Shown piece by piece: positions 42,576-55,162 of a stretch of 64,000 bases of DNA. This DNA is from Octopus vulgaris. Its lineage: Eukaryota. Below the pieces are notes generated by a model. It had not been told where the DNA came from, ran no database searches, and was given only the letters and a program-made list of their open reading frames with translations. The DNA lies in assembly GCA_951406725.2 (NCBI GenBank), contig OX597820.1, positions 57,784,001 through 57,848,000 of the forward strand. Direction: 5' to 3'. How positions within the stretch are numbered: position 1 is the first letter of the stretch; every line of letters starts with the position of its first letter. The position numbers and the translations under genes were made by a program.

Positions 42576-43052
42576 CTTGTCTTTCACGGCGTGAAAAATG
42601 CGCATGTATATGTGTATTCTTATAAATAATCTTATTTGCCACAACAGGTTAAATATTTCGTTTATTCAACATTTAAGGATATTAAATACGCATTTCTATA
42701 CTTGACTAAAGGAGAGTCTAAAATCTTGAATAAAATTAACAAGAATTCGATCAACAGAAATTACTCAAGTAATTTCTTTGTAAAACCTCTCTATGTGGGT
42801 GTTTAAAAGGGAGGTAACTCTAATACGATAGTCAATAGATTTAAAATGGGTTCCAGGAGATTTTCTGGCCATTCCGATTCACGCAAGATATCGCCTTTAG
42901 TTGTTCAAAAGATCATTTTGAATACAGAAATCTTCGATACTTGCAAAAAACATGTCTTCTCTAAACATTTCAAGGAATGACTATTGGATTGGCGCAGCGA
43001 TTGTGCACATGAAGTGGTTGATCTATTACCATGACTTGTATTGGTTCTGAAT

Positions 43053-43124
<72 letters not shown>

Positions 43125-43136
43125 ATTTATGCTATA

Positions 43137-43199
<63 letters not shown>

Positions 43200-43220
43200 T
43201 TGACATGGGCGATTCTTTCT

Positions 43221-43265
<45 letters not shown>

Positions 43266-43634
43266 TTATTTAAAATATAAATACATAAATATATTCTTAT
43301 AATTATATGATTATACATACATACATACATACATACATACATACATACATACATACATACATACATACATACATACATACATACATACATACATACAGGG
43401 TTTCTGTGGAGAAAGAGGGGAGAAGAGAGAGACCTACTCTCTTACTCTAAACTTACCTCAGCTCTTTCTCTCCTTCCTCCTCCTATTCTTCCTCTCTCAT
43501 ATTCATGTTGTCTGAGTTGTTTCCGGTACCCATTCTTCCTTTCTTTCTCGCTATTTCTTCTTTCCTCTCTCTGTCATTCCGGTACATATTCCGGCATCCA
43601 AGGACTATCGAGTTGTTTTAAACTAAAAACTTAG

Positions 43635-43691
<57 letters not shown>

Positions 43692-43943
43692 GTTTTATCA
43701 GTTAATGCAAAAGGCAGCACTGGAAAGAAATGTTACGGTGTTTGCTTACTTCTCTTTCCGTTCTGGGTTTAAAATCCCACCGAGATCAACCTTGGTGTTT
43801 GGGGATCGATGAACTCAAGTACTGGGTTTGATGTAATCATTTGCACCTGTGACGTTCCAGGTGGCCCTGATGGACCACCACCGGTCCGTACTGAAGTTTT
43901 TGCAGTCAGCTGTGTGTTTTATGTCCTATTATGTAATATATAC

Positions 43944-43974
<31 letters not shown>

Positions 43975-44265
43975 TGTATGTATGTATGTATGTATGTATG
44001 TGTGTATGTATGTGTGTATGTATGTATGTATTTATGTATGTGTGTGCGTGTGCGCGTGTGTATGTATGTGTACGTGTGTATGCATGCGTAGTTATACCTA
44101 TATATGTTTATGTATGTATATATGTGTATATGTGCGTGTATGCATGTGTGTATGTGTGTGTATGTGTGTGTATGTATGTGTGTATGTCTGTATGAATGTG
44201 TGTTTGCATGTATGTATGAGTGTGTATGTATGTATGTATGTATTTATGTATGAGTGCGTATGAAA

Positions 44266-44514
44266 CTCTTTTACTCACTCTCTTACTCTTTTACTTGTTT
44301 CAGTCATTTGACTGCGGCCATGCTGGAGCAACGCCTTTACTCGAGCAAATCGTGCCCGGGACTTATTCTTTGTAAGCCCAGTACTTATCCTAACGGTCCC
44401 TTTTGCCGAACCGCTAGGTTACGGGGACATAAACACACCAGCGTCGGTTGTCAAGCAATGCTAGAGGGACAAACACTCACACAAACATACACACACACAC
44501 ACACACACACATGC

Positions 44515-44549
<35 letters not shown>

Positions 44550-44718
44550 TATATACAACTGGCTTCTTTCAATTTCCGTCTACCAAATCCAGTCAGACGG
44601 CTTTGGTCGGCCCGAGGCTATAGTAGAAGACACTTGCCCAATGTGCCACGCAGTGAAACTGAACCTGGAACCATGTGGTTCGTAAGCAAGCTACTTACCA
44701 CACAGCCACTCCTGCGCC
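44266..44718 (-). mobile_element. SINE family A, full length
   Basis: Head, CORE-like block and tail present. Confidence 0.9.
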
Positions 44719-44995
44719 TATGATCAATTAAAAATAAATCTATATTCTAGGAACCACCAAGTTTTCTCCATAGATTTAGTGATAGATAATTCTTTCTGAC
44801 AAATGATTCTAAATCTGTGATCTAACAATTCCCCAAAACGTGTGGCTTTCAATCAATGCGTGTATTGGATTGTATTTGTCTTTGTCAGTGTTGTTTAAAT
44901 GCAAGTCAGTCAACTCTGATGGAGCTACAATATGTACACATACCTTCCAACCGTTACTATCCCGCGGTTTTCAGAGGTCTGTAGGACTACAGAAT

Positions 44996-45293
44996 GAAGG
45001 TGCATGGCTTAGAGGTTAAAATATTCGGCTGACGATTGTAAGGTTGTGAAGTTGATTCCCGACGGCTTGTTGTATCATTGAGCAAGACACTCAGCTGGCA
45101 AAAATGTGTTGTAGCTGAAATTGAAAAAGGCCATCCTTAACAATTTCTGTATCACGCTGAATCTCTCTAAGAACTACGTTAAGGGCACGCGTGCCTATGG
45201 ATTGCTCAGTCACATGCACGTTAATTTCACGAACAGGCTGTTCCGTTGATCGAACCAACTTGAACACTCATCGTCGTAACTGACGGAGAACCA
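44996..45293 (+). mobile_element. Old tRNA-derived SINE (family D)
   Basis: A-box-like TGGCTTAGAGGTTA, B-box-like GTTGATTCCC, CORE-like TTGAGCAAGACACT. Confidence 0.55.
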
Positions 45294-45371
45294 GACGACC
45301 AAGATAAGAAGTCTCATTGATCATTGTTGTTTCGTTATTTAAAGATCTAGGCAGTAATTTGAGGAAATCTG

Positions 45372-45927
45372 CTCTTCTTCTTCTTCTTCTTCTTCTTCTT
45401 CTTCTTCTTCTTCTTCTTCTTCTTCTTCTTCTTCTTCTTCTTCTTCTTCTTCTTCTTCTTCTTCTAATCAGGACTCACGCCATTAACCACAAAGAATAAT
45501 CTCTAATTCGAGCCTACTCTAAGATACTAAGAATGCGTGTGGCAACTTGAAGATCCACCCACCACACGCGGTAGACTGGCGGTTGCACGAGTGCGAAAGC
45601 TACGTTGTTATCCTCATTCCATAAACGGTGGCTTTTAACGGGTGGAGAGCTGAACCATCCTGGGGTACAGAGGATTTACAATCTAGACTAGGTTCTGAAA
45701 GTTTACTTACTCCATGGTTCCTCTGCTTTGTGGCAGAAGTAGGAAGAAAGAATGAGAGAAAGTTGTGGTGAAAGAGTACAGCGGAGTTCACCACCCCTCC
45801 TCGCCAGAGCGTCGTGGAGCTTAGGTGTTTTTGCTCAATAAACACTCACAATGCCCGGTCTGGGAATTGAAACCGCGTTCTTACGACCGCGAGTCCACTG
45901 CCCTAACCACTGGGCCATTGCACCTCC
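45372..45927 (-). mobile_element. SINE family C, tail type 2 ending in (GAA)n
   Basis: Head and body homologous to 26910-27092; different 3' region; about 31 CTT repeats at 45372-45464. Confidence 0.75.
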
Positions 45928-46054
45928 ACTATCTGCTGCTGTTATTTGTAGTTGGCCGCACGACCGCATAGAGGTTTCCTTTACATCGGTAAAGTGCACT
46001 GAAGAGAATATACCTAGTCTCATCTCTCTATATTCTCAGTCCTCGTTACACCAA

Positions 46055-46421
46055 ATCTTTTATTCTCGTACGTCTATCAGTCATTACACTGCGACCATGC
46101 TGGAGCAACGCCTTGAATTTAAAAAGAAAATTTAGTCGAATGTTATTTTTTAAAAGTCTGGTACTTAGTCTAGCGATATCTGTTGCCGAACCGCTAAGTT
46201 ACGGGGACACAAACACACCAACACCGATTGATAAGCGGTAGTCGGAGGGAGGGGACAAACACTGACACAAAGACACACACACACATAGTACAGGCTTCTT
46301 TCGTTTTCCGTCTACCAAATCCACTCTCAAGGCTTTGATCGGCCTGCGGCTATAGTATAGAATTAACCCAGGACCATGTGGTTGGGAAGCAAACTTCTTA
46401 TCACACAGCCACGCCTGCGCC
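46055..46421 (-). mobile_element. SINE family A, older copy
   Basis: Head and tail recognisable, with internal deletions. Confidence 0.8.
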
Positions 46422-46935
46422 TGTCTGTTTTCCCTGTATATGTCAAAGGTCAGGTAGGTTGACGTGCTTGTAGAAACGTTAGAGCGTCGGTAAAATAAAA
46501 TAGAACGAAACACTACAGTTTAAGGTGGGTGATTACAGCACATAACATTTGAGCTGTTTAAGTGCGTGTCTCTACAGTGTTCTAATTCAACTGAGGTCAA
46601 CTACGCCTTTTTATACTTACAAGAGTATATAGAAGTAAAATACCTGCCAGGTATGAAATTTAGTCTTGTTGACCTTGATGTATTTTTATTGACACACCTA
46701 ATGAACTATAGTTCGTTCCTTATACATATGTTAGAAAAAATATCTAGAAGGGTGATCGACAGATTCAATGAAGTCATGCTGTATTTACACACGACCCTCC
46801 AAAACAAGTTGGGATCGGGTTCATTTTCCTTCCTTACGGAGGTGATAAAATAAAAGGCCAATCAAATACTGGAATCGATATAAAATGCTATACGACATCT
46901 CTTCTCTACAAATGTACTGCCTTATGTTAACGTTT

Positions 46936-47243
46936 GGAGGCACATGGCCTAGTGGTTAGAGCAGAGGACACGCGGTCGAGGGATCGCGGGTTCGAATCTC
47001 AGACCGGGCGATGTGTGTGTTTATGAGCGAAACACCTAAGCCCCACGCGGCTCCGGCAGAAGGTAATGGCGAACTTCTGTTGATTCTTTCATCACAACTT
47101 TCTCTTATTCTTTCCTCCCACATCTTGCAGCTCACCTGCGACAGACCGGCGTCCCGTCCAGGTGGGGAACCTATACGCCAAGGAAACCGGGAAACCGGCC
47201 CTTATGAGCCAGGTGTGGCTCAAGAAGGAACAAACAAAAACAA
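46936..47243 (+). mobile_element. SINE family C, tail type 3
   Basis: GGAGGCACATGGCCTAGTGGTTAG (A box), GGGTTCGAATCTC (B box), shared body, then CCTGCGACAGACCGGCGTCCCGTCCAGG..GAAACCGG tail and (ACAA)n. Confidence 0.85.
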
Positions 47244-48135
47244 TTTTTTACGTTTACTATTAACACTTAGGATGCTGGCTACAAAAATCGGTAGATGATC
47301 AGACTAATTGACTTTCAAGTCCCAAGATAATACGGGTAAAAAAATCCCCGTTTTTCATCTTTCAAACGACCATGAATAAGTTGTTAATTTTTTTATTTGT
47401 CTAATCCAGTTAATGAAACGTAACTCGAAATGTTCATGCCAAGTCTTTGACTGTACATGCATCCAACGATAGATAATGACGTAACATAATTTGGTCAGGA
47501 TGCATCGCCAGGTTGTATGCATTTAATCCATTGTTAAGGAGCAAACTCCCTTCTGTGAGAAAGAGGGTGCGAAAGAAAGAGATAGAGAAGAAAGGAAATG
47601 AAAGGAAGGGAGGAAAAAGTAAAATATGTTGGAGGAAGTACTGATAGAGTATGAAGAGGGAATCCTGTAGGTGCAAAGATATGTATATGGAGATTCTCGG
47701 CTACTGACTCCCGGGCGGAGATAAAACCCAGATTTACTCGGTTTATAGATAACATGTATACGGAACGGAAATGTGCATTGGGGTTTATAAATAACTTAAC
47801 TATTCCAGTGGTTCGCAAACTAAGAAATCCCAACACCAACAACAGCCCCAAATATTAGTGAAATTTTTTATTTCCCACTTTTTTGCTAATCAGAAGAAAA
47901 GTTTTTGCACCTTTGTAATCGTTTTGGCCTTAGACTACATTAAAACCATTTTCAGTTTATTGAAAATGGGGATAATGCCAATATGACCGCCCCCTTTCAA
48001 TCATCTCAGCTCCCGCCCGTTCAGAAATACTGGGGGATGGAGAGTGCTTAGAGAGGGCGTGATTGTTCTTAGAAATTTTCTTAGAAATATTTTTTGAATT
48101 GATTTCTTTTTAAATTTTGAAGGCTGCTAAATATT

Positions 48136-48898
48136 CTTTTCTACTCTAGGCACAAAGCCCGAAATTTTGGAGGAGGAGGCCAGTTGATTAGATCGACACC
48201 AGTACACAACTGGTACTTATCGACCCCGAAAAGATAGAAGGCAAAGTCGACCTCGGCGGAACTTCGAACTCAGAACGTAAATACGTACGAAATACCGCGA
48301 AGCATTTTGCCCGGCGTGCTAACGTTTCTTATTTCTTTATTGCCCACAAGGGGCTAAACACAGAGAGGACAAACAAGGACTAGCAAACAGATTAAGCCGA
48401 TTACATCGACCCCAGTGCATAACTGGTTCTTAATTTATCGACCCCGAAAGGATGAAAGGCAAAGTCGACCTCGGCAGAATTTGAACTCAGAAAGTAGCGG
48501 CAGAAGAAATACCTATTTCTTTATTACCCACAAGGGGCTAAATACAGAGGGGATAAACAAGAACAGACATAGGTATTAAGACGATTACATCGACTCTAGT
48601 GCGTAACTGGTACTTAATTTATCGACCCCAAAAGGATGAAAGGCAAAGTCGACCTCGACGGAATTTGAACTGAGAACGTAACGGCAGACGAAATACCGCT
48701 AAGCCTTTCGCCCAGCGTGCTAAAACTTGTGCCAGCTCGCCGCCTTAAAAGAATTTCATATTCTTTTCTACTCTAGGCACACGGCCCGATGTTTTTGGAG
48801 ATAGGGCCAGTCGATTAGATCGACACCATTACGCAACTGGTACTTAATTTATCGCTCCCGAAAAGATGAAAGGCAACGTCGACTACTGCGGAATTTGA
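48136..48898 (-). mobile_element. Cluster of four SINE family B units
   Basis: Four body repeats bounded by TTTGAAG(G/A)CTGCTAAATATT at 48116-48135 and 48894-48913. Confidence 0.85.
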
Positions 48899-49092
48899 AG
48901 ACTGCTAAATATTGATGTATATGTTTGTGCGCGCGTGATTTGCTAACACTTGCAATAACCTTATTAGTTTTATTTTAAATCTTAATTTGTAATGTTGCTC
49001 TCGGTTCTAATTTCGTTTTTGTAGGCATTAATACTATTAATTTAGTTTTAAATCTTGCTATAATTACTGCTCTTCTGTTATTATATTCAGCG

Positions 49093-49430
49093 AAGCATGG
49101 CTGTGTGGCTAAGAAGTTCGCATTGCAACTATGTGGGTTTTGAGATCAGTCTCACTGTATAGCACCTTAGGCAAGTGTCTTCTACTGTAGCCCCAGGTTC
49201 ACCAGTGCCTTGCGATAGCATTTGTGTGTGTGTGTGTGTGCTCCACACCACATAACCGGTGTTAGTCTTTTTATCCCCACCCCCACCCCGTCACATAGCT
49301 GTTCGCTAAAAAAAAAAAGAGAAACGAATCAAAATTGGATAGTACTGGGGTCAATTTGTTCGACTAACCTTTAAAGATCGTGCCTGGCATGGTCATAGTT
49401 CAATGACTGAAGCAAGTGAAAGATGTAAAA
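49093..49430 (+). mobile_element. SINE family A, old copy
   Basis: Degenerate head, CORE-like block and tail. Confidence 0.75.
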
Positions 49431-49436
49431 ATATAT

Positions 49437-49822
49437 TTATTTCTTTATTGCCCACAGGGGGCTAAACATAGAGGGGACAAACAAGGACTGACAAAGAGAT
49501 TAAGTCGATTATATCGACCCCAACGCGTAACTGGTACTTAATTTATCGACTCCGAAAGGATGAAAAGCAAAGTCGACATCGGCGGAATTTGAACTCAGAA
49601 TGTAACGGCAGACGAAATACCTATTTCTCTACTATCCACAAGGGGCTAAACACAGAGAGGACAAACAAGGATAGACAAACGGATTAAGTCGACCACAGTG
49701 CGTAACTGGTACTTATTTAATCGACCCCTAAAGGATGAAAGGCAAAGTCGACAACGGCGGAATTTGGACTCAGAACGTAACGGCAGACGAAATACAGCTA
49801 CGCAGTTCGCCCGGTGTGCTAA
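49437..49822 (-). mobile_element. SINE family B dimer
   Basis: Junction GACGAAATACC|TATTTC at 49621; flanked by AAGATGTAAAAATATA direct repeats. Confidence 0.88.
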
Positions 49823-50246
49823 GATGTAAAAATATAAAAGAGGGAAAACATGTGGAGGGGTATTTGTAAAACGTCATTGGGTGAACTGGGGCGCTGAACT
49901 TCGAAGGTTTGTGAACCACTCCTTTATGCAGTCAGTCGCTTGGCTTATTAGAAATAACAGCCAAGTTTTCCTCATCTCATACTTACTCTACCGTCCCAAT
50001 AAAGGTGAACACACAGGTATAATGCCGTCCATGGTATATAAACTAAGCATGATAGTGACATATGGAGCATTGCCGATCATAGGTGTCGTCGATCAGGCTT
50101 GACCGCCGACATAATATCCACGACGGTAATGACAATATACAATATTTCCCGGTATACAAAGCGACGCAGTTAATAATAGAACAAACATAATATAAATATT
50201 CGATCATTGTCATTATCTCTCCAAATTCTGCTGCATTCTATATATG

Positions 50247-50612
50247 ACTAGCACTATGACCCGGCAACGCCGGGTCATAGTGCTAGTGCATGCATATACA
50301 GCTGCGTGCGTGCACACATACGCGCGAGTACTGCCCAAAATCTCCGACCAATCACGTACAGCTAGCTGGCATTCAATTGGCGTATCTAGTTTCGGGCATT
50401 TTGATTGGGTTTTGGATAGAAAATTCACAAAAAAGTCACTTCTATTGATTTTTTAATGGCTTTGCGGGGTGAGTGGGGAAAAGTAAATATGTGCACGAAC
50501 ACCCTTGGACGGTTTTCAATGACCATAGAAAGTGCGAGCCCTCTAACTGAAAAATTGCGGATTTGTATAAAGGACACGCACGCAGACATTTTGCCGTTTA
50601 TATATAGAGAGA
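50247..50612 (-). mobile_element. Non-autonomous Helitron-like element
   Basis: 5' TCTCTCTATATATAAACGGC..GTCTG; 3' CCCGGC..GCCGGG hairpin plus CTAG|T. Confidence 0.8.
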
Positions 50613-50617
50613 TATAG

Positions 50618-51027
50618 TGTAGCGTACGCTAAGTGACATTCTACGGTTGTGTCGTCTTTCTTTTCCTACTGTAAGCGCCCGTGCAGTATATTAAAGGAAT
50701 CATTCATTCGTCACCCCTCCTTCGCACGGTCGTTCTACAAACTGGTGACCCCGACGTGATGCCAAACACGCAGCCAGCCTTACGTTCTCACGGACGTCTG
50801 CAATTTTGGTGACCCAGTGCCAGCTTAATGACCAACCGCTCTAATTTCACCTCTTCGCTACAGATATGTCTACCTTTATTATCGTCTCTTTTGTCTTCTA
50901 CAAAATGACTGGTGGAGGGCTTTCTGTAGCGTACGCTTAGTGACATTCTACGGTTGTTCGTCTTTCTTTTCCTACTTGTACTCATTTATCCATTTTTGCT
51001 TTTATTGTAAGCGACCGTGCGGTGTAT
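50618..51027 (+). mobile_element. Miniature LTR retroelement (TRIM-like)
   Basis: 5' LTR 50618-50739 (TGTAG..CTACA); PBS TGGTGACCCCGACGTGAT at 50743-50760; PPT-like GGTGGAGGG at 50911-50919; 3' LTR from 50925, truncated by a MITE. Confidence 0.85.
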
Positions 51028-51453
51028 GGATCTTTTCGGTTTGAACGGCAGTTTTTTCTAGCGGTGTCATATGAAATTGTCACCCATAATTATGACCCTA
51101 GTATCGATCTGTTGCATTTCAATCTGTTTTAGGGTTAGGGTTAGCTAGGGCTAGGGGTGGGGAGAAGGGTATCTTTTTTTCTACAGAAATATAAATAAAC
51201 CCAATCTGTTTCTTAAACGAGGGACATATTCATACGGCACAGAATGTTTTCACCTCAATAGACGTCATTGATTGGTTGAAATTGCAGAAATTGAAGAAAA
51301 AAACAACAAATATCTTACAAACTATAGAATTTTCTCAAAAAAGCCAAGAGAAAAAGATGTTTTATAAACACATTCTACCTGTATACGAAGTTTAAAAGTG
51401 TTTAGTTACGTGGAAATTATTTAAAAAAACTACCGTTCAAACCGAAAAGATCC
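51028..51453. mobile_element. MITE with about 30-bp TIRs and internal TTAGGG-like repeats
   Basis: GGATCTTTTCGGTTTGAACGGCAGTTTTTT / AAAAAACTACCGTTCAAACCGAAAAGATCC. Confidence 0.88.
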
Positions 51454-52079
51454 TTCGACTTGTATGTCAAAAAAATGCGGTAGTTTCATTTCAATTTTTT
51501 AATTAAATTTTTTTTTTTATTTCGTCTGATTGCAAGAATAGAAATGCTTGGAAAGCTAGAATGAAAGACTGAAAAATAAAATTGTATATCAAAACTAGAA
51601 ATTATAAATTAGTTTAAATACATAAGTTAGGGTTAGCTGTGCTGGTTCGAATTACATTAAATGAAATGGCGAATGTAGGTCGATATAATAAACTAATATA
51701 TAAATCGCTGGAATTCGAGGCGACAAGCGGTGGTCTAAGTCGACAAAATGTTAATTTACTAACGATTAAAACAGCGTGGGATGTTGATATGACCATGAGA
51801 AGAAAATCTGTAAGAAACAAAATGGGTGGTCTAACTTTACCTTTTTATATATATATATATATATTTCTGTCCCCTTCCTTCACTTCTCTATTTATCTTAA
51901 TCATGTATTCTCTCTCTCTCCCGTTCTCTCTCTCTCCCTCCCTCTTTCTCTCATTCTTTCTTATTTCCATTCTCGTATTCATTTGCCTTATATTGTATTT
52001 CTCATTTCTCTCAAATATTCTCTTTTTCTCTTTTAAACATTCTCTCTCTCTCTCTCTCTCTTTATATTTCTCTTTCTTA

Positions 52080-52527
52080 GGGCGGCGAGCTGGCAGAAAC
52101 GTTAGCACGCCGGGCGAAATGCGTAGCCGTATTCCGTCTGTCGTTACATTCTGAGTTCAAATTCGGCCGAGGTCGACTTTGCCTTTCATCCTTTCGAGGT
52201 CGATAAATTAAGTACCAGTTTCGCACTGGGGGTCGATGTAATCGACTTAATCCCTTTGTCTGTCTTTGTTTGTCCCCTCTATGTTCAGCCCCTTGTGGGT
52301 AGTAAAGAAATATATATTTCTCTTTCTTATTTTTTTATAGCCCACAAGGGGCTAAACACAGAGCGGACAAACAAGGACAGACAAAGCGATTAAGTCGATT
52401 ACATCGACCCCAGTACTTAATTTATCGACCTCGAAAGGATGAAAAGCAAAGTCGACCTCAGCGGAATTTGAACTCAAGACATAACGGCAGACCAAATGCC
52501 GCTAAGCACTTCGCCCGTGGTGCTAAC
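52080..52527. mobile_element. Inverted tail-to-tail pair of SINE family B copies
   Basis: Plus copy 52080-52312 and minus copy about 52328-52527; target sequence TATATTTCTCTTTCT present three times. Confidence 0.9.
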
Positions 52528-52659
52528 TTTCTTTATATTTCTCTTTCTCTTTCTCGTTCTCTTTCTCTGTATATATACACGCATGTGCGCATGCACGCAC
52601 GCACGCACACACACACACACTCTCAGATCTTATGTTCAGTTTCCTGACAATGTGTGACA

Positions 52660-53412
52660 GGCGCGGACGTGGCTATGTGGTAAGAAGTTTGTTTCCCAAC
52701 CACATGGCTCTGGGTTCAGTTCCACTGCATGGCACTTTGGGCAAGTGTCTTCTGCTATAGCCAAATAAAACCTAATAGGTGGATTTGGTAGACGAAAACT
52801 GAATATATACAAAGGTGTATGTATGTATGTATCTCTCTCTCCCTCTCTCTCTATATTATATATATATATATCGTTGTTATTATGTTAAACTGTCGAATGT
52901 CCAAATTTGGCCAAATGCGCTTTTCTCAATATTTTTTTTTGCTTGCAATAGCTGGTTCTTTTGGTTTAACTATCGTACCTCCAGCTGCTTCTGATGCCAA
53001 GATAGCAGAAATTGTCAATGTGTAGTGCAACGGTTTTGCTATGGAATGGCGAAACTATTTTCTAAAAAACCCCAAAAAAAAACCTTTTGGATTTACGACA
53101 CTTTTGCATAATAGGAACGTAATATATAAATATATGTATATTCATATATATGTGTGTGTGTGTGTGTATAACATGCATGTGTGTGTATGTGCCTTTCTGT
53201 CAGTGTTTCTACCTACCACCAACAATTGAAAAGCGGCGTTGGCACGTTTACTTTCCCGTAACCTAGCGAGACCGATAGAATTACTATCAGGCTGTAAAAA
53301 TAAAGAGTAATGTACTAGTGTCGATTCATTCAACTAAAAATTCTCCAATGCGTCACTCCAGCATGGCCGCAGTCTAATGACTGAAACAAATAAATCATAA
53401 AAGACAAAAGAT
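52660..53412 (+). mobile_element. Old SINE family A split by a MITE at about 52870-53122
   Basis: Head at 52660, tail at 53340-53412; insert has inverted ends CGTTGTTATTATGTTAAACTGTCG..TCCAAA / TTTGGA..CGACACTTTTGCATAATAGGAACG. Confidence 0.7.
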
Positions 53413-53799
53413 AAGAGAGTTCACGAGCAATCGATACGTCTTCGGTTTTTCCATATCTCATGAAGTCGATCGATGGAGTTCTGATCTTGTATCGGAAGAT
53501 AATACCATTTCCGTTAACTCGATTATTGCATTCCATATTACTTAAAGAAGAAACCTGTGAATATCGCAAATCAAATCTGTCGTATATATTTTGATATCAA
53601 TACAACTGACCATGTTAATCAACTACATATATCTCTAGCCAGGTATTGCCGTGTGGTTAGCAATTTCGCTTTGCTACCACGTGTTTTTGAGCTCACCCCC
53701 ATTGCGCAGCACTTTTGGTAAGTGACTTTTACCATAACGTTGGACCGACCAATGCCGTGTGAATGCGTTTGGTAGGCGAAGACTGCATGGAAGCCCGTC

Positions 53800-53845
<46 letters not shown>

Positions 53846-53849
<4 letters not shown>

Positions 53850-54235
53850 GAGCAAAACGCCCCCTGTCCAATTGATGGTGCTGAGTTGTCGAACATTTAA
53901 ACCAAACTTTCTCAAAACAACTTGTCCGACCGTCCCATAGGCCTCCCCTTTGAGAAACACTGATTTAACCTAAATTTGAGACACCGTGCATTTTTCTCGC
54001 GTACGCGTAGTATCGATCGCAACAGCTGATGTGCTTGCGCGTACAAATACATGTTCCCACGGCTTTATCGATCGCATTCTCACCTGGAATCAATTAAAAA
54101 ATTTTTTTCAAGACTTATGCACGCCCTGATACCATCGATATCTACACATCATTTTTGAGCGCAATTGGATGGAGAATGCCCGAAATCCTAGAAGACACAC
54201 ATACAGACAGACAGAACGGATTTTATATAATATAT
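53846..54235 (-). mobile_element. Degenerate non-autonomous Helitron-like element
   Basis: Minus strand 5' TATATAAAATCCGTTCTGTCTGTCTG..CCAATTGCGCTCAAAA, as in the 59240 and 60012 elements. Confidence 0.55.
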
Positions 54236-54254
54236 ATATATATATATATATACA

Positions 54255-54790
54255 CAGGGTGATTGAAAAGTAATTCCATATTTTAAAATAATTATAAGTT
54301 ATTTATTAATAGTAATTCTTTCCTAAAATTTTTTGTGTTGTTTCTTGAAGTATGAGAATTTAATCCGTAATCGTATTGTTCTTGTCGTTCGTAAATCGCT
54401 GAATGCCTAGTTCCCCGGAGATAGATGGGCCGCCGTGAACTTCTTAACCACACGGCTATACTTAGCTATACCGTGGTCCGCATGAGTAGCCAGCCAGAAG
54501 TCCCGACTTAACACATCGTGGCTTCTTTCTTTGGGCTTGGTTAAAGGAACAAGTCTGCTATACCAAGTCAAAAACTTTTGAAGAACTTGAAGGGCGAATG
54601 CGAGAAGTTATGTCTTCTTCTATCGTATAAGAGATTCTGTTGAAATCAATTGACGCAATTCCTGGGCGACTCAAGAATCTGGTGGCGACATCCGGAGCCC
54701 ATATCGAATTTTAAAGAAAGCCTTTTGCTAAAAGCTTCCCTCAAATATCCATTTTTGTTTTGTAAAAATTACAATTGATAAACAATTTAT
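54255..54790 (+). pseudogene. Tc1/mariner-superfamily (maT/DD37D-like) transposase 3' relic
   Basis: Start TACACAGGGTGATTGAAAAG; GPHE*PARSPDLT...FFLWAWLKEQV..TKSKTFEELEGRMREV. Confidence 0.75.
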
Positions 54791-54814
54791 AAGTATTTCA
54801 AAATTGTGAGCTAG

Positions 54815-54926
<112 letters not shown>

Positions 54927-55162
54927 TATATATATATACAACTTATAAACAAAGGCAAAAGAAAATTATTTATAAAATTGTTTTTAAGTTGTTTATAATT
55001 TTAACCTTTAAAGGTATTTTAATATGCTGCCACTTTTTTGATAAAATTTTTTTCTGTAAAAAAACTTCATCCTATATTAGTAGTATATACATACATATAT
55101 AAACATGCATACATACACGAGTGAGTGGAGAAAGGAGAGAAAGGGCACTCCGCACATTTATT

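Noticed and set aside
46936-47008. tRNA gene
   Set aside because: A and B boxes are present, but the sequence continues into a multi-copy SINE body and lacks a clean cloverleaf and terminator.
51129-51157. Telomere or chromosome-fusion relic
   Set aside because: Only about 2.5 perfect units, internal to a TIR element.
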